From: Vicugna vicugna
Taxonomy: Eukaryota
Direction of reading: 5' to 3'
Assembly: GCA_013265495.1 (NCBI GenBank)
Contig: MU058198.1
Location: forward strand, 124,001 to 188,000
DNA: 64,000 bases
Shown here: positions 38,216-51,000 of the stretch, one piece after another
Numbering within the stretch: position 1 is the first letter of the stretch
How the letters are laid out: every line of letters begins with the position of its first letter
Position numbers and translations under genes: made by a program
Notes under the pieces: generated by a model
What the model saw: only the letters and a program-made list of their open reading frames with translations
Told to the model about the DNA's origin: nothing
Database searches by the model: none

Positions 38216-40699
38216 AAAAGCTGTAAGTTGACCTGAGCCTTTAACTTCTGAAAGACCCTGGCATCAAGATTTGAACACAGGCACCAGGATTTTCCTAGAT
38301 AGATCTTCCAAATTTCCTAGATAGACTCTCAAATTTATATCCTGAGTAAACAAACAATAAAGCTCTTTTGTTTCCTATAATCCCCAGACCTGGTGCAGGA
38401 TTAACCGCAATTAGTCTCCAAAAATGAAGGACCTCATTCTCACACGAGAGACTGGAGTACAAGGGTGATTTTTAAAACACAATGTTAAAAGCAAATCCAC
38501 ATCACAGAGACATTAAGGTAAATTTTTTGAAAAGAAAAACAGCAGCCCTCTTAGTCCTGCTCCCAGCTAGGAAAGCTTTGTCACAGGTCAGGCTCCCTCA
38601 GCAAGGGCTATTTTTATAGCGAGTTTTCAAGTTGGTGCTGCAGGAATTTGGCTGGGAAACCTTTAGACACATTTGAAATCTCCACTCAGGCTGCCTCAGC
38701 TTGAGGCAAGGCCAAGCTTCTATAAATCAGGGCACAAGATATGTTGCCCAGTGACTCCTGCACACTCCAAACAATAAAATAGGACGACAATGATGTTCAT
38801 CCAAAGCTATCTGTGACTTAAAAAGTGCAGAAACCACAAGGGTGAGATTCCCCCATTCTTGGCTCTGAGGTGCCCAGGGATTTGCATGGTGATTCTAAAG
38901 GAGCCAGATCCTTTGCTTTTTAACATTAAAGCAATATCAGAAAGGAGGAAAAAAAAATAAAGGATTAAAGCAATATCAGGCTCATATGCAAATAAAATGC
39001 AGATTATGTAAATAGTCTCCCCAGCAAGTCATTGCTGTCTCTTGTTTATACAGTTATCATTTAATAGTTTAAAAAGATGTCCTGTTTATATCTCCTTCCT
39101 GTACCTAGTAAATATCTTCATGAAGAATTGGATTGTAGGTGAGCAAAACTTTTTAGTTCCAATGCTAAATGTCAAGCATTGTCTGGCCAGAGATAGTGTA
39201 TCTTCCTTTCTCACTCACAATTTTTAGTAGACGCTCCTATCAGTGTAGCCTTTGGTTTTCCCTCATTTTTAAATCTGTGGCTTTAAGTGTCATTTCCTGG
39301 TCTCTTACCCAACTCCAGCCTTTCAAACGTCTTGCCTAAAGTCAGGGCCCACCAGGATTGGATTGAAGAAAAAGGATATTAACATATGGTGGGGGGGGTG
39401 GGTAGAGGACGTGTACAGATGGAAGTTAACCCAGGGCAAAGAAGAGTGGTGCTTTAGCATTTGTTGTCACTGTTGGAAGTCACCCAAATATGACAATGGT
39501 GATGATGATAATGATACGATGATACAATTTATAGTAACAATAACCAACAATTATTGGGCTCTTGCTATTTTTCAGGCATGGTGCTAAAGTCTCTACAAGA
39601 ACTAGCTCCTTGCTCATGGAATCCTCAGTGACCATGACCACATAAGGTTGGTTGCTCTTAGTCCCATTTTAAAGATGAAGAAGCAGAGGCTTACAGAGGA
39701 CATGACTTGCCCAAGGTGACACAGTAGAGATGAAGCTTAAATTCACATGCAGTTGCCATTCCCCATGCTGCCCTTATCATTAACTTTTTTAGCCAACAAT
39801 CAACTTAATTTATCAATTTGTGTGATAGCCATTTTCTTAGATGCAATCAGTTGCCACAAATTTAATTCACTAGGGTTAAAGAGTTAAAGAGCCTACCAAG
39901 TAAGGGAGGGATAAATATTCAGAGTATCTTGCTGAAATAGAACTCTTCAATCTCTTACTAGACTGCTCTATGTGTCGTAACTGAAACCTTCGTCCAGAGC
40001 CAAGGAGGCAAATGAAAGCTTATTCTGGGAGGTCTTTTGTGCTACAGTGATTTGAAGGTCACACTGCTCTCCGCATGGTGTTTGGACCATCCCCCAGACA
40101 TACCATCTACCAGAGGACCCTCCTGCTGGGCCCCCGGAAGAAGCTTCTCAGAAAAAGCATGACTTGAGGTGACTTTTGGATGCAGGGGAAGCAGATGGCT
40201 GAGTATGACATCACCTTGGGTAAGAGAAACAGAAAAATGTGAAAATAATAGGATTGTAGGAAAATAATAGCCTAGTCTCCAAGTCATCAGCAAGTGTTTG
40301 GAAAGTGTTTATTCCTAGCAAATACCGGGTATGGAAAAGAGCTAAGAAAAGACAAAGCCTGGTCCTGAGCACCCTTTCTAATTTTAAAGTAGAGACCACC
40401 TTTATCACCATTTTGTTAAAATAATAATGACTACATACTGAGAATTTTAATTATATTTATTTCTAACTGCCACCATTCCTCAAATTCTGGGAGGTAAATA
40501 TTATCAAATCCTGATTTTTTACATAGGAAGAAACTGCACTCAGAAAGATTAGTGAGTAACTTGCCCCAGGCCACCCAGATGGTAAGGGGTAGAACCTGGT
40601 TTTGAACGCTGGGCTATTGATGTCAAAGATAAGACACCCCATACCTGAAAACCACTTGAGGGGCATATAAAAGAGGACTCTTTTTCTGACCATTCCTAT

Positions 40700-41680
40700 A
40701 TATAACATAGATAAACAACAAGTTTACACTGTATAGCACAGGAAACTATATTCAGTATCTTACAGTAACCTATGATGAAAAAGAATATGAAAATGAATAT
40801 ATGTATCTTCATGTATGACTGATCTATTATGCTGTACACCAGAAATTGACACAACATTGTAAACGGACTATACTTCAATAAAACAGAGAAGACATAAAAG
40901 TAGCCAAAAGCACATGAAAAGATGCTCAACATCACTACTCATTAGGGAAATTAAAAACAAAACTACAATAAGATATCACTTTATACCCATTTGGACAGCC
41001 ACTATAAACAAACGTAAAATAACAAGTGTTGGTGACGCTGTGGAGAAATTAGACCCCTTTGGCATTGCTGATGGGCATGTAAAATAGAGCAGACACCTTG
41101 GAAAACAGTATGGAAGTTCCTGAAAAAATTAAAAAATAGAATTACCATATGATTCAGTGATTTCTCTTCTAGGTATATGCCCGAAAGAATTGAAAGGAGG
41201 GACTCAAACAGATATTTGTACACTCATATTCATAGCACACAGCCAAAAGATAGAAGCAGCCCAAGTGTCCATTGATGGATGAGAGGATAAATAAAATGTA
41301 ATATAGCAACACAACGGAATATCATTCATCCTTAAAAAGAAAGGAAATTCTGATATATGCTATAATATAGATGAACTTTGAAGACATTATGCTAAGTGAA
41401 ATAAGCTCTATCAAAAAGGACAAATACTGAATGATTCTACTTATATGAGGAACCTAGAGTGATTGAATTCTTAGGGACAGAAAGTAGAATGGTGGTTGTC
41501 AGGGCCTGGGAGGAGGGAAGACTGGGGAGTTATTGTTTAACAGGTATAGCGTTTCAGTTTGAGAGAATGACAGGGTTCTGGAGATGCGTTGTTGAGAGAA
41601 CAACAGTGTGAGTGTATTTAATGCCGCCAAACTGTACACGTAAATGGTACATTTTATGTTATGTACATTTCACCTCAATT
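40700..41680 (+). mobile_element. Two adjacent LINE-1 pieces (younger 3' end ~40700-40882; L1M ORF2 end and 3' UTR ~40885-41680)
   Basis: L1 3' UTR and ORF2 motifs. Confidence 0.85.
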
Positions 41681-41681
41681 A

Positions 41682-42500
41682 AGGACATAAAGCAGGAACA
41701 GAGGCTGCGGCCTCTAGAGGGCAGGTGCTGGGATGCCCAGCGGTTTGGCTCTCTGCCTTGCATCTTCAACACCTGCTCTGGTTACGTCAAGTCCACTTTC
41801 TGTATCAACCCATCCATCCTGGATGCAGGGAGTAGCCCCTGTGCCCGCGGCCCCAGGTCCTGCTCAAGGCACCCACCTTGGCCGAGCCGGAGGAGACGAA
41901 CACGTCCGAGGAGGAAGAGTCTCCGTGCGGGGAGGTGACACTGAAACAAGACAGTTCTTTCTCACAGCACGACCTGGGCCTGGCTCTGGAGCGAAGCGAC
42001 CTCTGGCCTGTAGCCGGCCACTGGGTCCCCAGGAGGGTTGGCACCACTGTGGCCCAGCGCGAGTAGCGTGCACTCCTGGAGGCCGAGCACCGAGCAGCAG
42101 GGTTCCTTTCCAATTAGTGTCCCATCCTAACCTGACCCCAGCTGCCCCTCACGCAGTGACCTGGGCTCAGCTGAAGACAGGCCAGGGGCCTCCGCTGTCC
42201 CAGACGCCAATCACCTGTGGCTGGAGTTCAGCCACCAGGTAGAGAGCCTTGTTCTGACTCTGGAGGAGGTGATGGGTGTGCGCCATGTGCTGGTGAAGGC
42301 CGACTCGGAGAGGTTCCTGCAGAACAAGGAGCTCCTCAGCGGCCTGAAGACGGGAAGATTTGCTGCTGCTACGGAACCAAGTTCCCGCTGTCCTCATGGC
42401 TGCCCTATCTCTTTTGCAAGATAGCTGTCTGCACTTCCGGCCACGTAAAGATGAAATGCCTTCTAAGAAGTTTGCACACAACCCTATCTACACACTGGGC
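41682..42500 (+). pseudogene. SPIRE2: Processed pseudogene fragment of SPIRE2 (end of last WH2 repeat, Spir box, start of FYVE-type domain)
   Basis: Intronless peptides across frameshifts: IKQEQRLRP..FGSLPCIFNTCSG; VLLKAPTLAEPEETNTSEEEESPCGEVTLKQDSSFSQHDL; HLWLEFSHQVESLVLTLEEVMGVRHVLVKA; ICCCYGTKFPL..LFCKIAVCTS..KMK/MPSKKFAHNPIYTLG, matching recalled SPIRE2; stops and frameshifts present. Confidence 0.9.
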
Positions 42501-42832
42501 CAAAAAATGATTTAAAAAAAGAGAGAGAGAGAGAAATAACAAGTCATAGGAACTCTTACTGTTCTCTACTTAATAACTTTGTCTTCCTAATGTTAACAGG
42601 AAGCGAAAATAACAATCTCAAATTTTAAATTAATAATTTAAATTATCTTCAAGTAATGAATTAATGGATTTTTCTTATATGCTATTTAAATGAACAGTTT
42701 TTACATTAAAAACTATTTCTAGCACCAGTTGCGTCCATCAGCATAGAGTTTGGGAAAACTGCTGAAATTAAGTTAACTGTATTCAAACAAATTTTTGGAG
42801 AACACAACATATGACTAAGAGTGGCAGTTTAG

Positions 42833-43150
42833 ATTGACATTGTCCAACACAGTAGCCACCAGCCACCTGGGGCTATTGAACATTTGAAATGTGGTTGGTT
42901 CCTACTGAGATACATTTGTTGGTAAAATATACACCAGCTTTCAAATACTTATTACCAAAAATAGAATGTAAATGATCTCATTAATGATTTTTTATATTGA
43001 TTATACGAAGTGATAATATTTTGGATATATTGGGTTAAATACAGTATATTATTAAACTTAATTTCACCTGTTTTTCTTTACTTTTTAAGTGCGGCTACCA
43101 GAAAGCTTAGAAGTTTGTGGCTCAAATTATATTTCTATTGGACGGAGCTG
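42833..43150. mobile_element. hAT-Charlie MITE (MER33-like)
   Basis: TGTCCAA...TTGGACGGAGCTG inverted ends; body matches recalled MER33. Confidence 0.75.
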
Positions 43151-44909
43151 TGCTAGACAAAGGGTAAAAATGCATCTTTACTGAGCACTGTCTAAGGGAT
43201 GCTGACACTGTATCTGGGCAGCTCCAGAGATACAAGCCATCCCTGGGGCATTGGCAGCACTTGCACTGTCTCTGCTAAAACTTTTCTCTCACAAGACCTA
43301 ACTTTTCTAACCATCAAGGCCCAAATCAACTCTTGCATACAATTTATCTTTACCTCAAGACCTGGAGGAACTCTCCCTTTTCGAACACTGTAGAATTAGC
43401 TTAGCCACTCTTTTAGGTACTTAGGTGTATTAACCCTCCAACCACGCCAACGTGGGTAGTTTGTAAGAAGCCTCTGATTTTTGGTGAGGAAACATGCAAC
43501 AAGCATCCTATGCCTTCCATTAGTCTGCACCCACAACAGACATCAATAATCAATCATAGCAGTACACCCACAACAGACATTAAGAATCAATTACAGCATA
43601 TTTTTCCCTCCAAGCCCATTCAAGGTCTTAATATTATTTTTGATACAGAGCTCTAGGCAGCTACTACCTATTTAGCAAAGTTGTCATGAGAGAAAATAAC
43701 CTATTTGCCATCTGTGCAATAGAGTCACTTAGTGAATAAGACTGGTGGAGTAAATTCAGCAAAGAAGCATAAGTTTAAATTTTTATTTCTTAGCATCGTA
43801 GGCTATGTAAAAACAAAATGAGACCAGTAAGTAGATTTTATTAATCGTGTGTCTAAGCATGTCATCATTGCCTGATATCAGGTATATGGGTGATGCCCAT
43901 GTTTGTACTGAAGGCCGAGGAAGTTGTGAAGCACATTTTCTGTTTTCTTTGGGATACTTTTTAGCAGGTACCATCACTCCTCCAAGTAGGTACAGAGCAA
44001 AGGGTAATGTCATTATAGACCAAGGCAGGTGAAATTCCAAAAGTGAGTTTCAAGGAAACTACAGTACTAGTTCTGTAGTTCTACAGAATGTTAAAAAGCA
44101 AAAAATCATTCAAGGAAAAATGAATTCTCTAGTGAAGTAAGTGAGAAACATTGGGTTTATAAAAGGTTAAAATGATTTTTTATTACTTTCCAAGAATGGG
44201 AGCTAGTATGCTTCTCAGCTTTTTTGTTTTTTGTTTTCTGTTTTTTCACATAGAGTTCCATTTTCATATCTTAAGGAGCTATGTTCTAAGAAACGTATTT
44301 CTGGAACTACCATTCCAGAGATTAATGCTGATATGTTTTGTTTTTGAACACAGGTCAGGGGCGGGTGGCGGAGAAGAACATTGATGCTAAGAACCACTCT
44401 AGTCTTTCCCATATTTTCAAATTTATTTCTTCAAACCCAGGCATTTGTTGCCATCAATTATCTGATGGTTAACAGGTGATAAATGAGTCGTCATGGTTAT
44501 TTAGAATGGAAGCAACTAAGCCATGGCCTGACCCAACCCCTTGAGTTTGCTGATAAGGAAACTGAGGCTCAGGGAGATTAAGTGCCCTACCCAAGGTCAC
44601 CAAATACATCCATGTCCAACAAATTGGAAAGCTAAAAAAAAAAAAAAAAGTTAAAATATGAAGTGGCCCAGAACTAGCACCTCCATAATCTGTCCCTTCA
44701 ACTACCCTCATCTATCGTTTATTTACCTGCAAGAGGAAATTACATTTTGTGGGAGAGCCATGAATGTGGATATACTCCTTTCAGCCGAACAGAAATAGAG
44801 AAGAGAATTATTACAGCAGAGAGCGGTAGAGCCTCTGAGCTCTCTCAGCCTTCCTGAGGCCAGGCCAATTGAGAATTCACCTAGGATTTCTCTATATTAA
44901 TAACAATAG

Positions 44910-45055
44910 TGGGTGGAGGGTATGGCTCAAGTGTTAGAGCACATGCTTAGCAAGCATGAGGTCCTAGGTTCAATCCCCAGTCCCTCTTATAAGAATAAAT
45001 AGGTAAATAAACCTAATTACTTCCCCCACCAAACTAAACAAAACAAAACAAAAAA
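44910..45055 (+). mobile_element. tRNA-derived SINE (vic-1-like)
   Basis: A/B boxes and A-rich tail. Confidence 0.85.
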
Positions 45056-45367
45056 ACGCTGTTCAAAGAGCTTCTCTGGCTTGGCTTCTAGAGTTCTGGA
45101 CATAACTTTACCTGTTCTGGATGCACACTGACTGTCCCCAAAACATAGCCCCGTGACATTAATGATTGGAGCCAGCCTCTCAATGGAGAGCTTTTGCAGA
45201 ATTTGACAACTCAGCTGACCTCTACTTGGGGCTTAATCCTACAATCTCACTAATAACATCAAAGAGGCCACATGGCACGTGTCCCCCACACTCCATGGTT
45301 TCCACTCTCACACAGCCCAAACAACTTTCCCCCTGGCAAATCTAAATGACACTGACCTTTGCTAGGT

Positions 45368-45580
45368 CAGGGTTTCTCAACCTCGGCATTGTTGGCATTT
45401 GGGGTCAGATAATTACTTGTTGTGGGGGCTGTTCTATGCATTGTAGGAGGTTTAGCAGCTTCCCTGGCCTCTACTCACTGGATGCTGGTGGCATCCCCTA
45501 ACTTGTAACAATCAAAAATATTTCCAGACATCGACAAACACTCCTTGGGGAACAAAACTGCCCCTGGCTGAGAACCACGG
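45368..45580. mobile_element. MER20 (hAT-Charlie)
   Basis: CAGGGTTTCTCAACC ... GGCTGAGAACCACGG terminal inverted repeats. Confidence 0.85.
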
Positions 45581-45843
45581 TTAGATGGAACCCAATGAGA
45601 ATGACTGCCCCTTCCAACGGAGAGTCAGTTCCCACTAGACCGTGAGCTTCTGAGGCAAGGGACTCTGGAGACATGTGTCAATCATCTTTGTATCTCTCTC
45701 TCTAGCACACAGTAGGTGTTCACTTACCCATTCATTCCACAAATATTTATTAAGCACCTATTATGTACTAGGAACTCTTGCTGGAGACAGGGATACAGCA
45801 CTGAACATCAGATAATCCCTGGCCTGAAGAAGTTTATATTCCA

Positions 45844-45938
45844 TGACTGAAGAATTGTGCTGTACACCAGAAATTGATACAACATTGTAAACTGACTATA
45901 CCTCAATTAAAAAAAAAGTAAAGACAACAACAACAAAA
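45844..45938 (+). mobile_element. Short L1 3' end
   Basis: Perfect 17-bp TSD AAGAAGTTTATATTCCA (45827-45843, 45939-45955). Confidence 0.85.
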
Positions 45939-47769
45939 AAGAAGTTTATATTCCAGAGAGGGGAAGACAGATAATAAAAACATAAATAAAAGCATAAATA
46001 AATATACAGGGTAATTTAAGGTTCTAAGTGCTTCAAAGAAAAAATACACATAAATATGAAAGAGGGTCGCCTCAGCTAGAGTAGTCTATTGGTTGGAATT
46101 AAGCTGGTAACAGAATTCAAAATAACTGGCTTCAATAAAATAAAAACTTGTTTCTCTCTCAAGTAGAAGTTCAGAAGCAAGAAATCCAGGGCTGTTATGG
46201 CAGTTCATTCCACGAAGTCCTCCTTCCAAGCTCCTTCTATTCTGTTGCTTTGCTGTGATTGGCCTCCATTTCCAAGGTTACCTCATGGTCTGAGGTGGCT
46301 ACTCCAGCTCCAGCCGTCAGGTCATATTCCAGCCAGCAGAAGGAATAAAAGGGGAGGAAAAAAGATCAAAAGGTATATACCAAAGATTTTTAAAGGATGG
46401 TTCTTGGATACTGCTACATTTTATTTCCACTTACATTGCATTGGACAGAACTTAGTCGTGTAGCCATAACCAGTTTAAGGAAGACTAATTATGGACTCAG
46501 CTAAAAATAGGAGGTTCCATTTCTTTGAAAAGGGGAAGAGTGGGTATTGGGAAACAGCTAGAAGCTCTGGCAGAGAGGTTAGGGAAGGCCCTTCTGAGGA
46601 AAAGACTATGATGAGAAGGGGGCAGGGTGCCATGAAAGAAGTTACTGGTAGGAGATGGAGACGTGCGAGGGCTCTGAGCTGCTGGTAAGTCCAGTCGGGG
46701 GAAGAACGGGTAGAGGCAAGGTCACATAGAGACCTGTGCGTGGGGTATGGTAACAGGTCTGGGTTTTATTCCACTTGCAACAAAAAGCCTTTGGAGGGTT
46801 TTGAGCAAGAAAGAGAAGTCGTTTATGCTTTCAGAAGATTCCAGTGGCTGCTCTGTTAGGACAGAAATGGGAAAGGCAGAGGGAAGGGTACCAGGCTGCT
46901 GGAGTAGAGAGGATGGTGGCTTGAATTGAACTTACAGTGCACACGGTGAGAAATGATCCCATTTTTCATACAATGCCATGGAGTACTGGAGTCAAAATAC
47001 ACAGGGCTACTTGAGGGACTGGATGTGGTGATAGGAATAAGAAAAATTAAGAATATTTCCCACGGTTTGACCTGAGCAACCAGCATATGGTGATGCCATT
47101 TATTGATGTAGGAAAGGCTTAGGAGGAGGCACATTTGGGTCAAGAGTTCTGTCCTGTCCATGTCAAATCTAAGACATGCAGAAGATCTTCAAGTAGGGAC
47201 GCCAGGCTAAGAGCTGGATATATGAAAATGTGGCCCAGAGATACAAATTTGAGAGTCATCAGCCTAAAGATGGTGCTTTAAGGGTAAGCGTGAAAACAAT
47301 GTTAGAGATAATTGGCTCAAGGAAAAAGAAAGTTAAATGTTTTTAAGTGCCATTAGACAAAGTAGCAAATGTAGAATCATCCATCTTAAAGGCCCTTAAA
47401 TATCCCTAGAAGCCCCCTTCAGAATCATCAAGTATGCAACTCTTTGCTCTTGGTCTTTTAATTAAATCTGCCTTAGCCGGTCAAGCACCACTCACAATAA
47501 GCAAAAAGCCTTTAACGTTGTTTGTTGAAAAGAACCCGGAAGAGCTTCTTCTCTTGCATTTGCATTGCATCAGGGCTATTTTCTGTTTTGTTTTTTTTTA
47601 AATGGCAATTGTGCAATATTTAGGCCATCCTACAGTTTAAATAGGCTTTTTTGGATTTGCTTGCGGAAGTAACCAATTGATGCTGCCTCCACTGGAAAAC
47701 AATCTCAAAGGTATACACTGGGGACACAGCCTGCTGTTTCCAAGTCAAGAACTGCCATCATATGATTTT

Positions 47770-47903
47770 TTTTTTTTTGCAGGGGTAGGTGATTAAGATT
47801 GTTTGTTTGTTTGTTTGTTTATTATTGGAAGAGGTACCAGGGATTGAACCCAGTACCTCATGCTTGCTAAGCATGCACTCTGCCACTTGAGCTATACCTT
47901 CCA
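47770..47903 (-). mobile_element. tRNA-derived SINE (vic-1-like)
   Basis: Reverse complement of the same family; TSD CCATCRTATGATTTT. Confidence 0.85.
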
Positions 47904-49599
47904 CCATCGTATGATTTTAATCAGACACAACCCCTAATTCCGAGGAGTTTATAATGTAACTAAAGTATTAGCACTGGATGATGTTATTTATTGAACATCT
48001 ACTATGTGCCAAGTATGTGACAGAATTTTAATCTTCACACAGGCTTGATGGGGACATATTATGTTGTTCATTTTGCAGATGAAAATGCCAAGCCTCAGAA
48101 AGATTGTGTATCCAGCTAAAGAATCGAATCTGTCTTTCCTTAGACTTTTCAACAAGTCTAATTATTCACGAAGCCTTATCGTTTACTGGGGTATCTCATT
48201 TAGCTTTCCCATTTGCTCACCTAAAAGTAAAAACCTTGCCTCATTGTTTTTTTTTCCCCCAATCAACTATGTTTTCTGGCTTATAATGGGTACTCAAATA
48301 TTTATTGAAAGAATGAACTTTATGACTACACAAAGAACAGCAAATTCATTAAACGAGTAGAATTGGAATTTTTAAAGAGCCCAGGGATGTCACTGAGTCT
48401 AGAGGTCCTCACCTGGCTAGCCCCAGATGGACTATAGCCTCAGGAGTGTTTGGTGTGGTTTCCAAATTCTGAGAAAAAAGAAAGTTACATTAGTTCCTAA
48501 TATTCAAAAATTGAGAAATTACAAACAAAAATCCAGATTTTTTTTTTTTTTTTTGCTTCCCTTGAAATCTGGCAGCACTGGGCCCACATTTTCACAAGGT
48601 TGATAAGGAGAGAGAGGGGCTGAGTTGGGGCTGCCTTTGCCTCATTTAGATTTTTACCTAAGCCCCGGTAGGCATCTGAATTTGCAACCTCAACTATAAA
48701 GTCCCTTAATATAGAAGCAAGAAAACTGAGGCCCAGCACTGAAAAGTGACTTGCTGTAAGGGACCCAGGTGTCTTCACTCCCAGCCGTAGGCTCTTTCTA
48801 CACCTCACTGCCCTGGACACAGGCATCCTGAGAATTCATATTTGTCGTGACTACACAACACAAACACATGGATACAGAGATGAGTGTACAGCCATGCCTT
48901 ACCTTTGAGATGAGGACAAAGGCTAAGTATGTGAATTGGGTTAATAAAAATATGATCTTATGGATTCAAAACACTGCAAGACAGTAAAGTTTCTATTTGG
49001 TTGCCTTTGGTCACGATGTTGCTCTAGTTTAATCTAGACCTCTTTCTACTTCTTTAAGGAAATAGTAAGTCTAGGTTAATATTTATTCCGATTCTGAATC
49101 AGCCTTGGTTTCACTTTCTAAATCATTCGGGAGTGGTCTGGTGAGATGCTGAGAAATTATGAAATAAGAAATTGGCGGGTGGGGAGGAGAGAGAGTAAGA
49201 AACAGCTGGTTTATGGGGAGGCCTCCTGAGAGTAGCTGCTTATGAGGCAACATGGTAATTAATAATATAGTGAACAGAATATGTCCAGAATATGTCCAAA
49301 TGCTAATTGAAGTGTTTCTTCTTCCTTTACTCACTCTGTAGGGCCCTCTTGAAGTGCTCATTGAATTTAATTCCCCTGCTCCAGTCACTCTCCCCTCCCC
49401 CAACCAGAGCATCCATTGATGGGGGAGGGCGAGTGTCACCACAGAATGAGAAAAACAAAAGCAGCAACCTCTGGACCTGCTTCAGTGAATCATTGATCTA
49501 GAAGTCAAAAAGTTTCAGACGCTCACCAGATTGCATTTTTTTGTACCCCAGGCCAGTGCTTGTCTCATTTTATTTTTTTAAAATCACTTTGTCCAACTA

Positions 49600-49753
49600 T
49601 TTTTTTAAAGTTTTCTTATTTTATTATCTTTTGGGGGGAGGGGAGGTGATTAGGTTCACTCACTTTTTTGATGGAGGTGCTGGGGATTGAACCCATAGAC
49701 CTCAGGTGTGCTAGGTGTGCACTCTACCACTGAGCTGTACCCTTGCCCCTCCC
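49600..49753 (-). mobile_element. tRNA-derived SINE (vic-1-like)
   Basis: GGAGGTGCTGGGGATTGAACCC..CCACTGAGCTGTACCC. Confidence 0.85.
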
Positions 49754-49754
49754 T

Positions 49755-50340
49755 GTCACACTTTAAAGTGCTTATGAGTCACTTGAGTTCTTGTTAAAGT
49801 GCAGACTGGCCTGGGGGCTGAGACCCTGTATTTCTAACAAGCCCCCAGTTGATGTCAATGGATGCTGCAGGGTGGGAGACCACATGCTTGAGCAGTGAGG
49901 CCCTAGAGTAGAGCAGTGATTTTCAAACTCACTTGCCCATGCGAATTACCTGGGGGATCTTTAAGAAATCTTGATGCCCGAGTCTCACTGCCAGATCCTG
50001 ATTTAATTAGTGTGGGTGACGCCCCAGTGTTAGAATTTTTCAAAGCTTCCCAAGAGATTTTTGTACAAAGCAGTTTGGGAAGCACTGCCTTAGACTAGAG
50101 CTATAGTTCTCAAAGTCACCTGGAGGGTTTGTGGTTTGTTAAACCATATAGATTGCTGGACCCCACCCTGCAGGGTTTCAGTTGGTCTGGGTGGGGCCTG
50201 AGAATGTGCCTTTTTTTTAAAAATTTTTTTCTTTTTCTTTCTTTATTTTCTTTCTTTTTTTTTTTTAATAGAATTTGTTTTTCTAACAAAGTGCTACTGA
50301 TGCTGTTGGCTGGGGATTATACTTTGAGAGCCACTGTCTG
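49755..50340. mobile_element. Cluster of three MER5-like hAT MITEs
   Basis: CAGTGATTTTCAAA / TTTGAGAGCCACTG-type ends separated by CTAGA target sites. Confidence 0.65.
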
Positions 50341-50429
50341 TGGGTTGAGGAAGAGGAGAAGGAACACAGAGCTGTGTCACTAAGGGGTGGCATTAATCTT
50401 CACTTATCCACTTAAGGAAGCATAAGTTA

Positions 50430-51000
50430 CCAGTGCTTGGAAGCTGCAGTGGCTGTCCTTCTCATACCACATGGAGAGGATTGTCCACCAATTACAGCCA
50501 GCCTATGGCCCCTGTTTCATGCTGCATGACTTGCCAGCTAGCCAGTCTGTCCATCTGCTCCATGTGGACAACCTCCTTTGCCATGGTTCAGACCCACTGT
50601 AGCCCCTCTGGAGTAGAGGGTAATGGCCTCATCCTCAGAGAGGTGATGCTGATGGGGAGAATGAATGTCTTATACTGGGGCAAGCTGCAGGTCGCCCACC
50701 AAGTCCAGACGGTGGTAGAACATCCCCCTTTGCCTCAGGAAAAGCCCATGATTCCATTCCACATGGACGGTTTAGCTACCCTGTTTCTTATGCAAAGGGT
50801 GGAAGAGCTCAGGTACCACAGGGATGCTGAGATGTGGTGGAAGAAGAAAGAATTCTTTTATGGGGACCAGATAAAAGAATGTTCAACCTCCAGGATTGTC
50901 CCTGAAAACACTGAGCTCTATATTCCAAAGAATTATTTTCTAAATGTAATGTTTTTAGTGTAATGTTTTCTCCATCTTTTTACATTAAAAAAGAAGGGAG
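50430..51000 (+). pseudogene. Possible processed-transcript insertion, parent not recognised
   Basis: Non-repeat-like block with a 176-codon open frame, AT-rich 3' end, ATTAAA plus A-rich tail, and imperfect flanking repeat AAGGAAGCAT / AAAGAAGCAT. Confidence 0.35.

Noticed and set aside
43528..43600. 37-bp imperfect tandem duplication
   Set aside because: Ordinary old slippage duplication in intergenic DNA.
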